Source of the DNA: Callorhinchus milii
Lineage: Eukaryota
Reading direction: 5' to 3'
NCBI RefSeq assembly: GCF_018977255.1
Contig: NW_024704743.1
Span: 100,194,001-100,258,000 of the forward strand
Length of the DNA stretch: 64,000 bases
The notes below the pieces were generated by a model, which was not told the origin of the DNA, searched no databases, and saw only the letters and a list, made by a program, of their open reading frames with translations. Position numbers and translations under genes: made by a program. Positions 39,481 through 53,326 of this stretch are shown here, piece by piece; within the stretch, counting starts at the first letter, position 1, and every line of letters begins with the position of its first letter.

Positions 39481-42400
39481 AGAACAACTCGCTGCGTGAA
39501 AAAATTTCTTCTCACCTCCCCTCTGCTTCTTTTAGACCTCGAGTCACCGACACACCCACCAGTGGAAACAGTTTTTCCCTTTCTAACCTATCAAATCCCC
39601 TCATGATTTTGAAGACCTCTATTAGGTCTCCTCGTAACCTTCTCTGCTCCAGTGAGAATAATCCTAGCCTCTCTAGTCTTTCCTCATAATCAACTTTTTT
39701 TCATCCTCTAAAGAACAGCATCCACACACGATGTGAAAAGTGTTAGAAACCTTGGGCCGTGTTCAGCAGATACCCAGTAGTGTGATCACAATTTGTTTTC
39801 CCAATGTTGTTGTGCACTTGGCAGCAAGTGGCAAACTGAAATCACTATGAGAGAGCACTTTCCGCCTTGTGAATACCCTGGTTTCAATCCCAAGATAATT
39901 GCTAAAATGGAAATCTTTTCATTACCTTGAGATTAAGTATTCCTCTTGTTAGCAATTGCATTAGATACCACCATGCCTGCACCATCTTCTCTACCATAAA
40001 TAATAATCCCTCCAAAACAAAACAATAATGAATTAGACATTTTCAATCCACGACTGTTTCATAAATCCACAAATATACGGTCAATTCACTTTACAGCCTA
40101 TTCTGTGAAGCGCTTTGAGACTTCGAGAAGACATGTAAAGCGCTATATAAAATGCAAGGATTATATTATATATCATATTATATATATTATATATTATATT
40201 ATAAATAAAAGGAAAATGGAAAACTGTGAATGCTGGCAATCTGAAATAAATTTCTAGTAATACTGTGATAATGTTTGTATTTGATAAAGCACCTATAAGT
40301 CACAATATCTCAATAAAAATTCACAACATAAGTAATTACTCTCACGTGTACTAGGCTACTAATATTAGTAGGGAGGGTCAATGGATAGAAATAGGTTCTG
40401 ATAAAGTCAAATCCGAAACATCAGCCTGTATCTTTGTGTTGTGCTCTTTGAGTTGATATAGACTTTCATCAAAGACTGTAGGCAAATACTATAATATAAA
40501 ACAAAGAACAGTGTAAATTAAAATAATGATCCTTATATTTGACAAGGCGCCTTTTACATCAGACAAATGTCTCAAAGAGCGTCTCAAAGTACTGTGAAGT
40601 GGAGTAACTGTATGTTTTGTGGATGAACACACTATTGTTCTACTCACAGAACACTGGCTCATTTTTTAAAATTAAGGTACAAGAAGTGAGTTCATAAACC
40701 CCTGTCAATCACCTGAATTAAAGGTAGACAAATCTAGCTCTCGTTCCAAGGATAATTACACATTAAATCCAATAAGGCTTCAGTACCACTAAGTGCACTT
40801 AGTTTCCACTGTGTAAACACTATAAACTCCATGAAATCCATCGCCTCTCTATCACCCTGTAGCCTCTGACCTTCCAAAACCTGTAGGTCTATATCGCTGT
40901 CATATTATGGAGCTGTTTTATGTACCAATGGTTCTGTAAATATTATGTTGAATCATGGAATTTGCTCCATTTATTATAGGGTAGATTCTGCAACACTGGA
41001 AGGGACAAGCATTCAAATAGGAACGGATGCAAATGTGTCTATCATTTGAGAATTATTTCAAACTTGTTTTGTGATCTTATTTCCTGGCTGCCATGTCTTA
41101 TGTGATGCCTTTGGTAATTTTTTCCTTTTTTCTGGATTGTTTTTTCTGCTTAGTTCCTCTGAAGGTGCTGAGTCTTGGTGGGGTATACCTTATAGGGTAC
41201 AGGTGCCTTAAAGAGCAGGAATTCTGGCCAAGAATCCATCTGTCAGAAGGGGCATCACAACTAAGCCTGATCCTGTTTTGTAGAGGGATTCCTCTGATGA
41301 TTCTATTCACCACCCGGTGTAGCACAAAGCCATATAGACCAGGACAGCAGGTTTGAATCCCAGTCTGTGATACTATCCTGCATGAAGGCTACTATATAAA
41401 TGCAAGTTGTTGTTATGGAGAGGGGGAAGTCAGCCAGGGTTCCTGATCTTGATTGCGAACCAGTGACCCTAGCTGGAAATTATATTTGTATTAATGTGGT
41501 ATGAGGACAGGATTAGGGTTGGCTGAAATATCTACCCCCATTGACTGACCCTTGCCATCTAGGGTCACATATTATGGTCACTCAGAGGGAGATTTGAACC
41601 CACTCTTCAAAGTCTCATAAATTCAAACCTCTTTCACTGTGTTTTTGGTCAACATCTTTAAATCTCTTATTCCCTGCCTAGTTTCCACCACAACATTTGT
41701 CAAGCTCTTCAATATCACATTTACTACTTGTGTATCTCTCAGAGGTCATTTTACAGCGCACAATAGATAATTTTCCCAACTGCAGATCTGATGACACCCT
41801 TTTGCCCCTTTTCTCCCCACAAAGGATGTGTGATTTGATAGAGCAAAGACAGAGCTTGAGAGTGAACATCCCAATGACATCCCGAGCCTTCGCAAACATC
41901 ATGACATTATTGCTAATGATGTCAGAATGTTGTGCTACACCATATGTTTATCTGTGATCTTCACTTGGTTAGCAAAACAGTACGTTCCCAAAATAGACAG
42001 GAGCAAAATCACCTGCTTTTTTCTGTTTTGGGCCAATCTCTCAGCCCTCCACTCCCTGTATTTGAGCAGTGAATATAATCCAAAAATATCAACTGATGGT
42101 TCGCGCATGTGTGAATATTTCAATTTCATTGTGAGATTTTTCTTTCCATGTCAAGAATATTTGAATATTTATCGCAGTTGCCTTCTCAAGTTTCAGAGGC
42201 TGAATAAAAGCCTGCATACCTACCAGTATTCAGAACTACAGAGACACCAAGGAGCACAATATAAAGCCTGGTTCAGTTGGTAGCTCTCTCGCCTCTGAGT
42301 CAGAAGGTTTTGGGTTCAAGACCCAGGTGGGGGTTTGGAACACACATCGTGTATGATGTAATGTGGGCATGCTGCATTGGCAGAGGTGCCGTCCTTAGGA

Positions 42401-42776
42401 TGAGATGTTAAACCAAAGTCCCATCTGCCATTATTCTGTTAGTGACTTTAAAGATCCTATTTTACTATTTGAATAAAGAAGGGAGTTTCTCCTGATGTCC
42501 TGGCCAACAACTCCCCAAATAAAATTGGCCACTTCATGGCTGTTTGTGGGACATTTCTGTGTACAAATTAGGTGCCATGTTCAACCACAAAATATATACA
42601 ATAATACATTACAGTTTATATATGCTTTGAGATGTTTGACGAAGAAATAAGGTACTATATCAAATGCAAGGATTATTATTATTGCAAGTTTTTTTGCATT
42701 AGACATATTCTATAATTGAAGGTTCTTCTCGAGCTCCAAACTTACTGAGTGTTCATTGGTTCAAATTCTGTTAGTG

Positions 42777-43693
42777 TGGAGTCCTGTAGCTCAGTGGTTA
42801 GAGCACGTGCCTGGCAAGCGAGAGACCTGGGTTGGATTCCCGGCAACAACAATAAAAAGATTACATTTGTATAGTGGCTTTCACGTCGGGAGGATGTCCC
42901 AAGGCGCTGGACAGTGTACAGCATTTCAGATCCGAGCTGGGGTCAGGGGGGAGAAAGGAGGGTAGGGGAAGGGGGGTGGCCGATGGCATGGTCAAAGAGG
43001 AGGGTCTTGAGGCAGGACTTGAAGGAGGCTCCCTCCCTTCCCTCCCCTCACCCTGACCATTTCCCCCCTCCTCGCTCCCTCCCTTCCCTCCCCTCACCCT
43101 GACCATTTCCCCCCTGCTCGGGTCATGACCCAACTGTGCAGCGCCTTGGGACGTCCTCCTGACGTGAAAGGCGCTTTATAAATGGAATCTTGTTGTTGTT
43201 GTTGTTGTTGTTGTAAGGAGGGGTGAGGCGGAGTGATTGGGGGATGGAATTCCAGAGGTTGGGGGCAGAGTGGCTGAAGGATCACCCGCCAATAGTGGGG
43301 CGAGTGGGGCAGGGGACGTAGAACAGGCCGGAGCCGGCTGAGCGGAGGGAGCGGGCAGGTTGGTAGAGGGTTAGGAGGTTGCAGAGGTAGGGTGGGGCGA
43401 GGCCATGGAGAGCTTCGTAGGTGAGGACCAGGATCTTGAATTGGATCCTCTGAAGGGTGAAACCTTAGGCAACTTTCCTTACTCCACACACCTGATAATA
43501 ATCCCTCAAGAAAAAAAACAATAAACTGGTCATTTCAATCTATGATTGTTTGTGGGACACTGCTGTGCGCAATTGGCTGTCGCGTTTCGCCCACAAATAT
43601 ACAGTCAATTCATTTTACAGTGTATTCTATGAAGCGCTTTGAGACGTAGAAGACATGAAAAGCGCTATATCAAATTCAAGGATTATTATTATT
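42777..43693 (+). mobile_element. Young SINE split by two nested L2 fragments (42845-43455)
   Basis: The head ends at ttcccggc (42844) and resumes at agggtgaaacc (about 43454). Confidence 0.9.
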
Positions 43694-46108
43694 AGTTCAA
43701 ACTAATGTGTCTGCGCTGTGTTTGCTGGTTTCAGCCAGGTCTGGTTGGATGGTTACATTGGCTCAGGCCTTCCAAGGGTTATGGAGTTGAAAAAACATCC
43801 ACAGTTTTTGTTTCTGGTCCCTCTTCAGCACCCTCTCCTGGTAGTGTGAGTGTGTGACAACCAGGTAATGTCAGGCGAGGTTGTGACACCCTCCACAGCC
43901 AAGTGACTCATCGTTCATTGCAAAGGCTCACAGGTGGGTACAGGGGGTACCAGCATCTGTGTAACCGCAAACCAGCAAGAGGAAGCCTGAGCAGGAACAG
44001 AGGGGCATGTGGCATTGGGGTGAAAAATAGGAAAATAAGTGGACACAATATTAATTAACAACAACAATCCCACCTTTGTTTTGCATCATTAATACCTCTT
44101 TAACCCATCATCCCCTGTCCTCTATCGAATTTTCTCCCGTGTCTTCCTTGCCCTGATTTGTATTGGTTACTGGCTTCATAAGAGAAAATGTTTTAAAAAT
44201 GGGGGAAAAAATAATGTGCTCACTTATCTCCATTGGAAGTGGCTATTTCGCTACTTCGGTATAAACAGTAGAGTACTGTATCAGTAAACTAGTAATTGTT
44301 TTTATTCTTCACAGCCAGAATTTCACTCAACAATTTCACTCAACTTTACTTTTGTTTAGAGCAGGACAGCAGCAGGTGTTAATGTGTTGCCAATATCTAG
44401 CCTTTGCCTGTGAATAGCCACTAATCACACCATTCACACCCCTAAACAATTTGGAAACTGGAGCTAATCCACAGAAGGTTCAGCAGACTCCAGTGACAGA
44501 TCTGGTGTCTCAGCCAGTATCGTCGAATATTTTGAGACATCTTTCCGACATGAAAGGAACTGTATAAATATAAATTGTATTGTATCTCATGTAGTGATTG
44601 TTTTTGTAGGCAAATGTAGCATTCATTTTAGCAGATCCCACAAACAACCATAAAGTGAATGATCAATTTTATCTGGAGGAATTTTAGCCAGGATACCAGG
44701 AGAAACTCCTTTTTTTGAATAGGAACATCCACCAGAACAGTCAGATACAATACCACATAATACAATTTACTTTTACATTTATAGCCTTTCACATCAGAAA
44801 AAAGTTCCAAAACGCCTGACCCTGCTGACTGGATACCCAAGCTAGGGGTGGGAGGCGAGGGGATGGGGAGGACATTGATGACATGGTCAAAGGGTATGTT
44901 TTGATATGTTGGAATGGCCAACATTTAAAGTTGAACTTAGACGGTAGTATTTACAGAACTAGTCATGAAATGCTGGGATCCATAATCCATGGATTTGTCT
45001 GTGACTGCTTGATGAGAGGCTGGTTTCCTGCTATATGTTTTATGTACAAGAGTTGATTGTGTCTGTTTGAATGCCAATTGAACCATTTTATGACAACTTC
45101 CAACTCTTCTACTGCGTGCATACCAAGTTTCAGTGACAGTTCTGAAAACATTAATTATCTCAACTTTTGTTTCACTCACGACTGCTACAGACATGTTTGG
45201 GAACAACCATTTGAACAAAGTCTGCGGGGAATTTTGAAGTGAAGGCAGTCATCAACTAGAATTACCAGGATGAAATATTCCATAATATGATAATTATTTT
45301 TACAGAGCCAGTGCAGAACCCCAGTGTCCTGTTCAACTCTCAACTGTCCTTCGAACTCTACATCCATTCTCTGACTTGTTCAGCTTCCCCTACCTCCACA
45401 TCATTTCACCTCCACCATTAGCTCTCTCGTTGGGCTGCCGAAACCCTTACCTATGCATTCATCATGTCCCCAATTCTCTGCTCACAAGACCTTAACTCTT
45501 CGCTCCATAAGCTACAGACCATCCAGTACTCTGCACCTCATCTCCTCTCCTGACTAGGCTCTGCCCCCATCCTCATCCAGCTCCACTGGGTCCCCATCCT
45601 CCAGGAATTGAGTTCAAGATCCTCATCCTTACTTTTAAATCCCTCCACGGTCTTGCCCCACCCTATCTCTGCAACTTTCTTAAACCTTAGTAACTTGATT
45701 ATAAAATCTGTCTTACGAATAAATGTTTTGCTACACTGTATCACAAACAATTATTATCTGTGACCTTGTGGTTAGACACCATCAAAGAGCAAAGCATTGT
45801 ATCTCAACCGACAAAACTGTGACTGTAATAAGCAATTGATCTTGTGACTCTTTTTGCTTTACTGTGTTAGTACTCATGGTTTTTATGGCCAATTTTGCAA
45901 GTTAAAGGAGAAAGACTAATACAATATTTGGTCATGATTTCTTCTCCTGTCTCAGCTTAATTTGATCCGCTTTGTCGGCAGAGGAAGACTGAGTGCTACA
46001 CTGGAGGAGCCTACACCTCTGTGCTGTTTAAAAAAGGAGACTGGATTTGCATGTAAATCTGAATCAATGTAACAATGCAGCAAATAAAATAAGTGAATCA
46101 AGTAGTTG

Positions 46109-46488
46109 TGGAGTCCTGTAACTCAGTGGTTAAAGCACTCGCCTCACAAGCGAGAGACTTGGATTCGATTCCCGACAGGGCGAAATACTGGGCAAGTTTC
46201 CTTACTCCACACCCCCTGTTTACCTAGCAGCAAGTAGGAACCTGGTTGTTAGTCGATTGATGGGATCGCTTTTCTGGAGTAATAATTCCTTCAAAAAAAG
46301 TTAATAATAAATTGGTCACTTGAATCCAACGCTGTTTGTGGAATACTGCTGCGTGCAATTGGCTGCCATGTTTCGTCCACAAAATATACAATTAATTCAA
46401 TTTACAATATATTCTGTGAAGCGCTTTGAGACGTTTCGATGATATGATAAGCGCTATATCAAATGCAAGGATTATTATTATTATTATT
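46109..46488 (+). mobile_element. Young SINE, long variant with an extra ~60-nt internal segment
   Basis: The extra segment tgtttacctagcagcaagtaggaacctggttgttagtcgattgatgggatcgcttttc also appears in minus-strand fragments at 31430-31652 and, partly, 51265-51440. Confidence 0.9.
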
Positions 46489-49059
46489 GCTTCTTTATGC
46501 CCAGATAAAAGTTGTCATTCACTTCAAGGCTGTTAATGAGACATTGCTGTGTGCAAATTGGCTGCCACATTTGCCTACAAAATGCGCCAAGAATCTGGTA
46601 GAACATTGAAATTCCACCTAGTCTTAGCCCATTTGTTCTTAAAATTTAGGACAGCGAAGAATTGAAGAAAATTCTTAAATCTTGTTTTGTTGGGAAACCA
46701 GTTTCTTCATATAAACTGTGGAAATCCAGGTTCTAAATTAAACTGAATTTCCACAATTCGACATAATCTTAAATTTAAGGCCAAATAGTCTGACAGGCTG
46801 ACAAAGTTACAAGCCTCAGTTCTGCATAGAGAGAACAGTTGCAGATCATCCAGTAACTGTTCCCAATGACTCATCAGGGAAGCTGAGGTCTAATGATTTA
46901 TACAGGTGCCCATTTACCTTGCTAGACTTCTGCTGATGGCATTCCTCCCCCAAAGCTAGGGAAGGTATGAGCAGGTCAGCATGAGTTTGGGAGCAGAGCA
47001 CCAGCTTTGACTCTCTACTGGGGAACAAGGTAAGAAATTGGGACCAGACTGCAGGCCCTCCCTGTACGTGTTTGTGTGTGGTGGTTGGTGGCGGGGAATC
47101 ATGTTATGTGATCATCTTTACCTGAGAAAGTTACATATTATCAGGATCAAGCCTTTTCCCCAGCCAGGAAATGATGAAAGAAAATAGGATCAGATGCATC
47201 ACTTACCATCCGAGGGGCAGGCATTGCATGTTGTAGAGAATGCAATTTCAAAATGAGACAAAACAAAGTAAAGTAAATGAGAGAATTAATAAGCTTTGCA
47301 TTTGATATAATGCATGTAGAGAAGACATCTCAACCTCACATGATTTTATTGTAAAGTGCAGTGACTGCGTGTGTTTTCGTAGGTGAATACATCAACCAAT
47401 TTGCACACAGTGATGTTCCTCAAACATACAAGATGTAAATAATCCATTTTATCTGGAGGATTATCTTAAAATAAATCTATGGGAAAAAAGTTATGTTCCG
47501 TAAGTCATCTAAATTCATATTTGTGTTGGTAGTTGTGATCAACTTTAACATGCCTGAACTATGCAGCATGAGTGATATCATTGCATAGTTTACATAGTTA
47601 AAGCTTTGTCTAACTGATAGCGTCCATCCTCCTACACATGGGAAAGTGTGTGGAAATACCGCTGCTGGGTGGAAGCAGACTGGTTGAGGGAGGCAGGAGA
47701 GAGAAATGTTTTTCAAACACTCTGTTTGCAGCACAGCAGTTTCCATGACAGGACTTCCAAAATTCAACCCAATACAGGTCACAATCCGCCAGTTACATTG
47801 TTCATGAGAATTAGCTGGCAGCCTGGCTCAGTTGGTCACACTCTTGCCTCTGAGTCAGAAGGTTGTGGTTTCCAGATGGGATGTTAAACTGATGTCCCAT
47901 CTGCCTGTTCAGGTGGACATTAAAGATCCCATGGCACTCTTCCAAACAAGAAAGGAGTTCCTCCCAATATCCTGTCCAGCAATCCCCCAGATAAAAGTCA
48001 CTTACTTCATAGTTGTTTGTGAGATATTGTTGTGCACAAATTGGCTGCTTTGATCACCTTTTCATATTTCACTATCAAGCTGTTTCTAAAATAAGTCCAG
48101 CATCCTGTGCTCTACCACCCTTCATTGTAACCTGTTCCTGGTATCTTCTATTACCCTCTATGTAAAGAAATACTTGCTGGTATCTGTTCTAAAATTGCCC
48201 TTCTCCATCTTCCTTCCTTTCCTAGGGCTGCTCATGTCTCCTACGCTTACTCCCATATACTCTCCACTTATATTATTTCCTACTCCTCTATTTCACCTTT
48301 CATGCACTGACTTTCCACAACTACTCACGTCTGACCCTCATTCATATCTTAACACTATCCTTTTCAACTTAGTGCAGAGCATGGATGCCAAGCCAGAAAT
48401 GTTACCCTACTTGAGATTTAACCCCTGCTGAGATGAAAGATGCTATATGAATGTAAATTTGCATTGTTTCTTATCCTCCTGTTTACCAATACTCTCTCGT
48501 GATACACCCTGCAGGGTTACTGATAAGAAAGTAGACTTTGCATTTTATAATGCCTTATCATGTCATAATGTCTCAAAGGAAGTTATTGTCAAGAGCGGTG
48601 ACAATTTTGTTGATAAAGGCGGCAGTCACTTTGTGCACAGCTTTGAAGTGAATGACCAATTAATCTGGAGGGTTACACCAGACAAAAAACTTTTCTTTTG
48701 AACTTTGCCATGGGCTCTTTAATGTCCACTCAAAGAACTGTCAGACAGGATCTCAATCCAATGTCTTATTGTAAACACCTCTGACAATGTAGCACTCCCA
48801 CAGTATTATAAATAACAATAATCCTTGCATTTGATATAGCACCTTATCACGTCTTCGGGACGTTGCCAAGCATTTCACAGAATATACTGTAAAGTGAATT
48901 GACTGTATATTTTGTAGGTGAAGCAGTATCAACCAAGACTATGAGTTCATGCCCGAGGTGGGACTTGAACCTGGACACCCACGTCCTAACAAGTAGGGTA
49001 GTGCTAGCTAAACAAGCAGAGTGAAGATTGACAGATTGTGTTTGCAGTGGCAAGCTATG

Positions 49060-49310
49060 TAGTTTTAGCTGCTTTAACTCCAGCAGTGCCCCAAAGTACA
49101 CTCTGGGATCCCAAAACTTTGGCTCCTGCCAAAATGCTCCTAATAATGTCTTGAATTAGCTAAGCAGGGAGTGTCCCTCCCAGGTGAGAATACACGCTTC
49201 ATTCCAAACAAATGGGAAATTTCTATATGTAGGTGGTAGGCATATGGTGAGCAGTATGGTTTGGATATTCTTAAACATGGTGATAGAGTTCCACATGTGT
49301 CAGATAAAAA
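49060..49310 (+). repeat. Unclassified old dispersed repeat. Other copies at 62255-62520(-), 50330-50475(-) and 4982-5100.
   Basis: Collinear blocks aligned by eye: cactctg.g.tccc.aa.ct.tggctc.tgccaa, ctaata..., atttc.a.atgtaggtgg, cagt.tggtttggata.tctta, ca.gtgtcaga. Confidence 0.75.
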
Positions 49311-52304
49311 CTTACAGCAGTAGCCTCATTATTTCGAAGGTTTGAATTTTGGACCCAGCAAATCCAAAGTTCAGATTTATCCAAACACATATCCACTTTG
49401 ATCTATTGTTGACACAACCGAAGCTCAGTGCTGCTGTGGTGTCATTTTACAGCTGCATTGTCTCATGGCCAACGGCAATGGAGAAGGGAGGAGCCTGCAG
49501 GGGATTTTATGCTTACAGGGCTCTGCACCAACTTTCTGAGGCTACGACTAACAGGGAATTTTTCTCAATGTTATCTTCTACTTGTATACAAAAAATGTAA
49601 TGGATGTTTGGCACGGTCATCGTGTCCCATTGCATGCTTTCCAACGAAAAAAGAAGTGACATACATATAAATTAAGGCTAAACATTCTGCATGTTCAGAT
49701 ACATGAATCAATCACCTAAGTGTTCATATCGATATCAACTGAGAAGACATTGTGTCTCCAGGTTGTGGGGGTGAGGGGAATGTCACTTTTTTCTCCCCAT
49801 TTCTCCCCCCTCCCACTTTCTTTCAGTCACTGGTTCTTTGCTGGGTTACAGGTCAGGGTACAACCTCTGCTTATTCGCGATATGTGGGCTAAGGCAGTAA
49901 GAGACGTCGGTGCATTTGATGCAGGGGATCACAGCCAAAACCAAGCCTGTTCTTATGACACACAATATCCACATACAAAAAATTCCAGAAGCCTATTGAT
50001 AAGAGCAGGAAGTTTGGCTGATTTTTCTATTTTTCTGATCATCTCGGGACAATGATATAGTCTCTTTTTCCCTGGTTCTTAAAAATAATTAAGGTTAGTC
50101 AGACTGGATAAAGTGACACACTTGAGACTCTGTGAGGATTTGCTTCTAATCTGGGCCAGTAAATTTTGCGCTGAGTTCATACCTAATGCTGATCCCCTCA
50201 AGATGTTACATTTTCTGTCTGTTTGCATGGTTTGATAATGATCTTTTGATGTTAATCTGACGTGTAGATAGTAGCCCTGGTATAATAACCAATACTACCA
50301 CCAAGGAAACAGGGCCTGACATAAACAGAATGTGGAGAACCTATGACTATGCTTAAGAGTATCCAAACCAGACTGAACGTTTCATATACATAGAAATTCT
50401 TTAGTCTTGAATGAAATGAACATTCTCTTCCCATGAATGATGCACTCTGCTTAGCTAATCCTGGAGAGTACTAGTACCATGTTATACTTTTCAAAAGTTC
50501 AGCCAATTTTAGCCAAGTAACTACGAACATCCCAATGTTGCAAGGGTGTTGATTGAAAGTCGCAAAAATAAGTTATTTTTACAAAATAAAAACAATTCCT
50601 CCCTCTTTTTAAAAAAACTTGGAAAACAAGTGTAATGATTATATTTATTTATTTTTAAAAATATTGTATGCATAGACTAACAGCTGGCAACCAGTAAATA
50701 GAAAATTTGTTTAACGTATGACCAGGTCATTATAGTCCACACGCCTAGTTACATGTGAATTATGGCATGAGGTCACTCTTTCACGAATTCGGTTGCCAGA
50801 TTCTTGGTGCCAAAAACGTAACTCACAAGAATAGAATTCATTTTGGAGTGAGTGTGCACTGCTTTACACATTTCCAGTTTCCCGATTTAACATTATGCAG
50901 AGAATTGTGCAAATATGGAATGCATAAACTGATTCCTTTAAAGCGAAATGTATTGTAAATGAAATACGGAAAAGGCAGCGATCAAAAATCTGCCCTAATC
51001 TAGAAAACTAGAGGAACATGTTAGATGAGCTGATTGGCCTCCCCCTGTTCCTATATTCCTAATCCACAACCACTGTAGCCCAGAGTATTGGCGAGCTACT
51101 TGCAGTACATGTAATATAAATGCATTGGCTTTTAATGCTATCGCCCAGATGTGAGTTTGAATCCAGACCCAACTAATTGAGACACAAATCTCATCATGGA
51201 TCCTGGTTAAAATGATTTGGGATATACGTGACCCAATTCCAATAGTTTAAAACTGCTCTCAAGTTAATAATAATCCTTGCATTTGATATAGCGCCTCATC
51301 ATATCTTCTAGATGTTTCAAAGCACTTTACAGAATATAATAGCTAATTGCACACAGCAATGTCCCACAACAGTCATGGATTGAAACAACCGATTTATTAA
51401 TTTTTTTGAAGGAATTATTATCCCCGGAAAAGCGATCTGCATGGTGAATAACTGCAAGGGGAGTAAAGATAAAGAGACTGAAAATAACTTGCCTGAAAGA
51501 ACGATTTATTTCACAATTGCCTCTCTCCCCCAAGACATTGATTCTTTGCTGTGACACAGTTACAACAGGTACAGGACTCCCATTTCTTCACAAAGCCTGG
51601 ATTAGTCCAGTGAAATTTGCACAACTCAGGGTTCACCTCATTCCCATGGGGATCATATATCTTTAATTTAAATTAAGAGCAGCAGCACAAACTCATTCCT
51701 TTAAAGCAAAATGTATTGTATTGTAAATGAATAACACAACAACAAGATTGCATTTATAGAGCGCCTTTCACGTCGGGAGGACGTCCCAAAGCACTGGAAG
51801 AGAGTAATATTAATAATCGATAATGCTTGCATGATATAGTGCCTTTCATTCCAGTGGGATGTGTCTAAGTCTTCATGGGTGTACTATGTTTTGCAGATGA
51901 ACCTGGTAGACTATTTGCACACAGCAATGTCCCACAAACAGCCATGAAGTGGATGACCAATTTTACTTGGAGGCATTGTTGTCCAGGACTCTACCCACTC
52001 TTTTCAAATAGTGCCATGAGATGTTTAATGTCCACCTGAACAAGCAAACAGGGTCTCTGATTTAACAACTCATTGGAAGGATGATACCTCATTCCATACA
52101 GCATATCTCCAGCATTTTATTGACATATCAGCCTATATAGTGAATTCAAAGTTCTGAAAGGTGGCTTGATCTCACAATCTTCTGACTCTGAGGTGAACTT
52201 GTGAACAATTGAGCTAGGTTGACTTTTAAAATCTGAAATAAAACAGAAATCCACTGGAGATGGTTTATCAGCATCTGAAATTAAAAAAAAGTGAATATTG
52301 CAAC

Positions 52305-53326
52305 AGTCTTCCTAATCTATATGCTCCCTTTTGGGGATGTCATCCGCAGACATGGGGTACACTTCCCCATGTATGCGGATGACACCCAACTCTATTTTTC
52401 CATCTCACTTTGCGACTTCCAGTCCCCTGATGTTCTGTCAGCCTGCCTGTCAGACATCAAGAGCTGGATGATCGCAAATTTCCTTCAGCTAAATGTTGAT
52501 AAGACGGAAGCCATACTCTTTGGTTCTCGTCAATGTCTAAAATCACATGGTTCTCACCTCCTCCACCTACCCGACCTCCGCCTAAACTCTCCGAACCCGT
52601 ACGCAAACTGGGCGTCAGGTTCGACCCCCAATTTTCCTTTCTCCCCCACATCCGGTCGCTCACCAGCACTGCTTTCTTCCACCTCCGACGCATTGCCCAT
52701 CTCCGCCAATACCTCACTCCAAAAGCCTCTGAATCCCTGGTCTATGCCTTAGTCGCCTCTCGGCTGGACTATTTCAAATGCCCTCCTCACCGATCTCTCC
52801 TCCAATACCATTCATAAAATCCAGGTCATCCAAGACTCTGCCGCCTGCATTCTTACTCGCACCAAACTCCGCTCTCCGATTACCCCAGTCCTTGCCAGAC
52901 TGCACTGGCTGCCTGTCCCAGAGAGGATCGACTTCAAGATCCTCACTCTTGTCTTCAAATCCCTCCACTCCTCTGCACACCCCTACCTCTCTGACCTCTC
53001 TCCTCACAACAATGCCCGTTGCCTTTGTTCCTCCGGGTCTGGCCTCCTCCTTGTCCCCCGAATTTTTCACTCCACCATCGGCGGCCGTGCCCTCAGCCAC
53101 TATTCTCCAAGGCTCTGGAACTCCCTTCCTCACTCCCTTCGCCTCGCCCCCTCTCTTCCTATTTTTAAGTCTCGGCTAAAGACCTTTCTTTTTGACCGCG
53201 CCTTTGGTCACCTTCCTCCCCCTCCCCCTGGCTCGGCCCCGGGATCCGTTGCTGTGAAACTCTCTGAGATACCGTTCAGCACAGAGGGTGTTATATAAAT
53301 CCAAGTTGTTGTTGTCATTGTTGTTG
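52305..53326 (+). mobile_element. L2-clade LINE 3' fragment (degenerate RT to tail)
   Basis: [47 protein letters not shown], and a (TTG)n tail. Confidence 0.92.

Noticed and set aside
38646..39515. 289-aa RT ORF as a functional or domesticated gene
   Set aside because: It is 5'-truncated, its start is borrowed from the flanking CR1, it is frameshifted downstream, and it has no endonuclease domain.
41678..42283. Overlapping short ORFs in a repeat-free block
   Set aside because: No recognisable domain or consistent splice signals; more likely non-coding sequence.
49252..50375. DNA transposon bounded by CAGT-starting TIRs
   Set aside because: Similarity between the two copies continues well outside the CAGT positions and no TSD is visible, so these are internal parts of a longer repeat.
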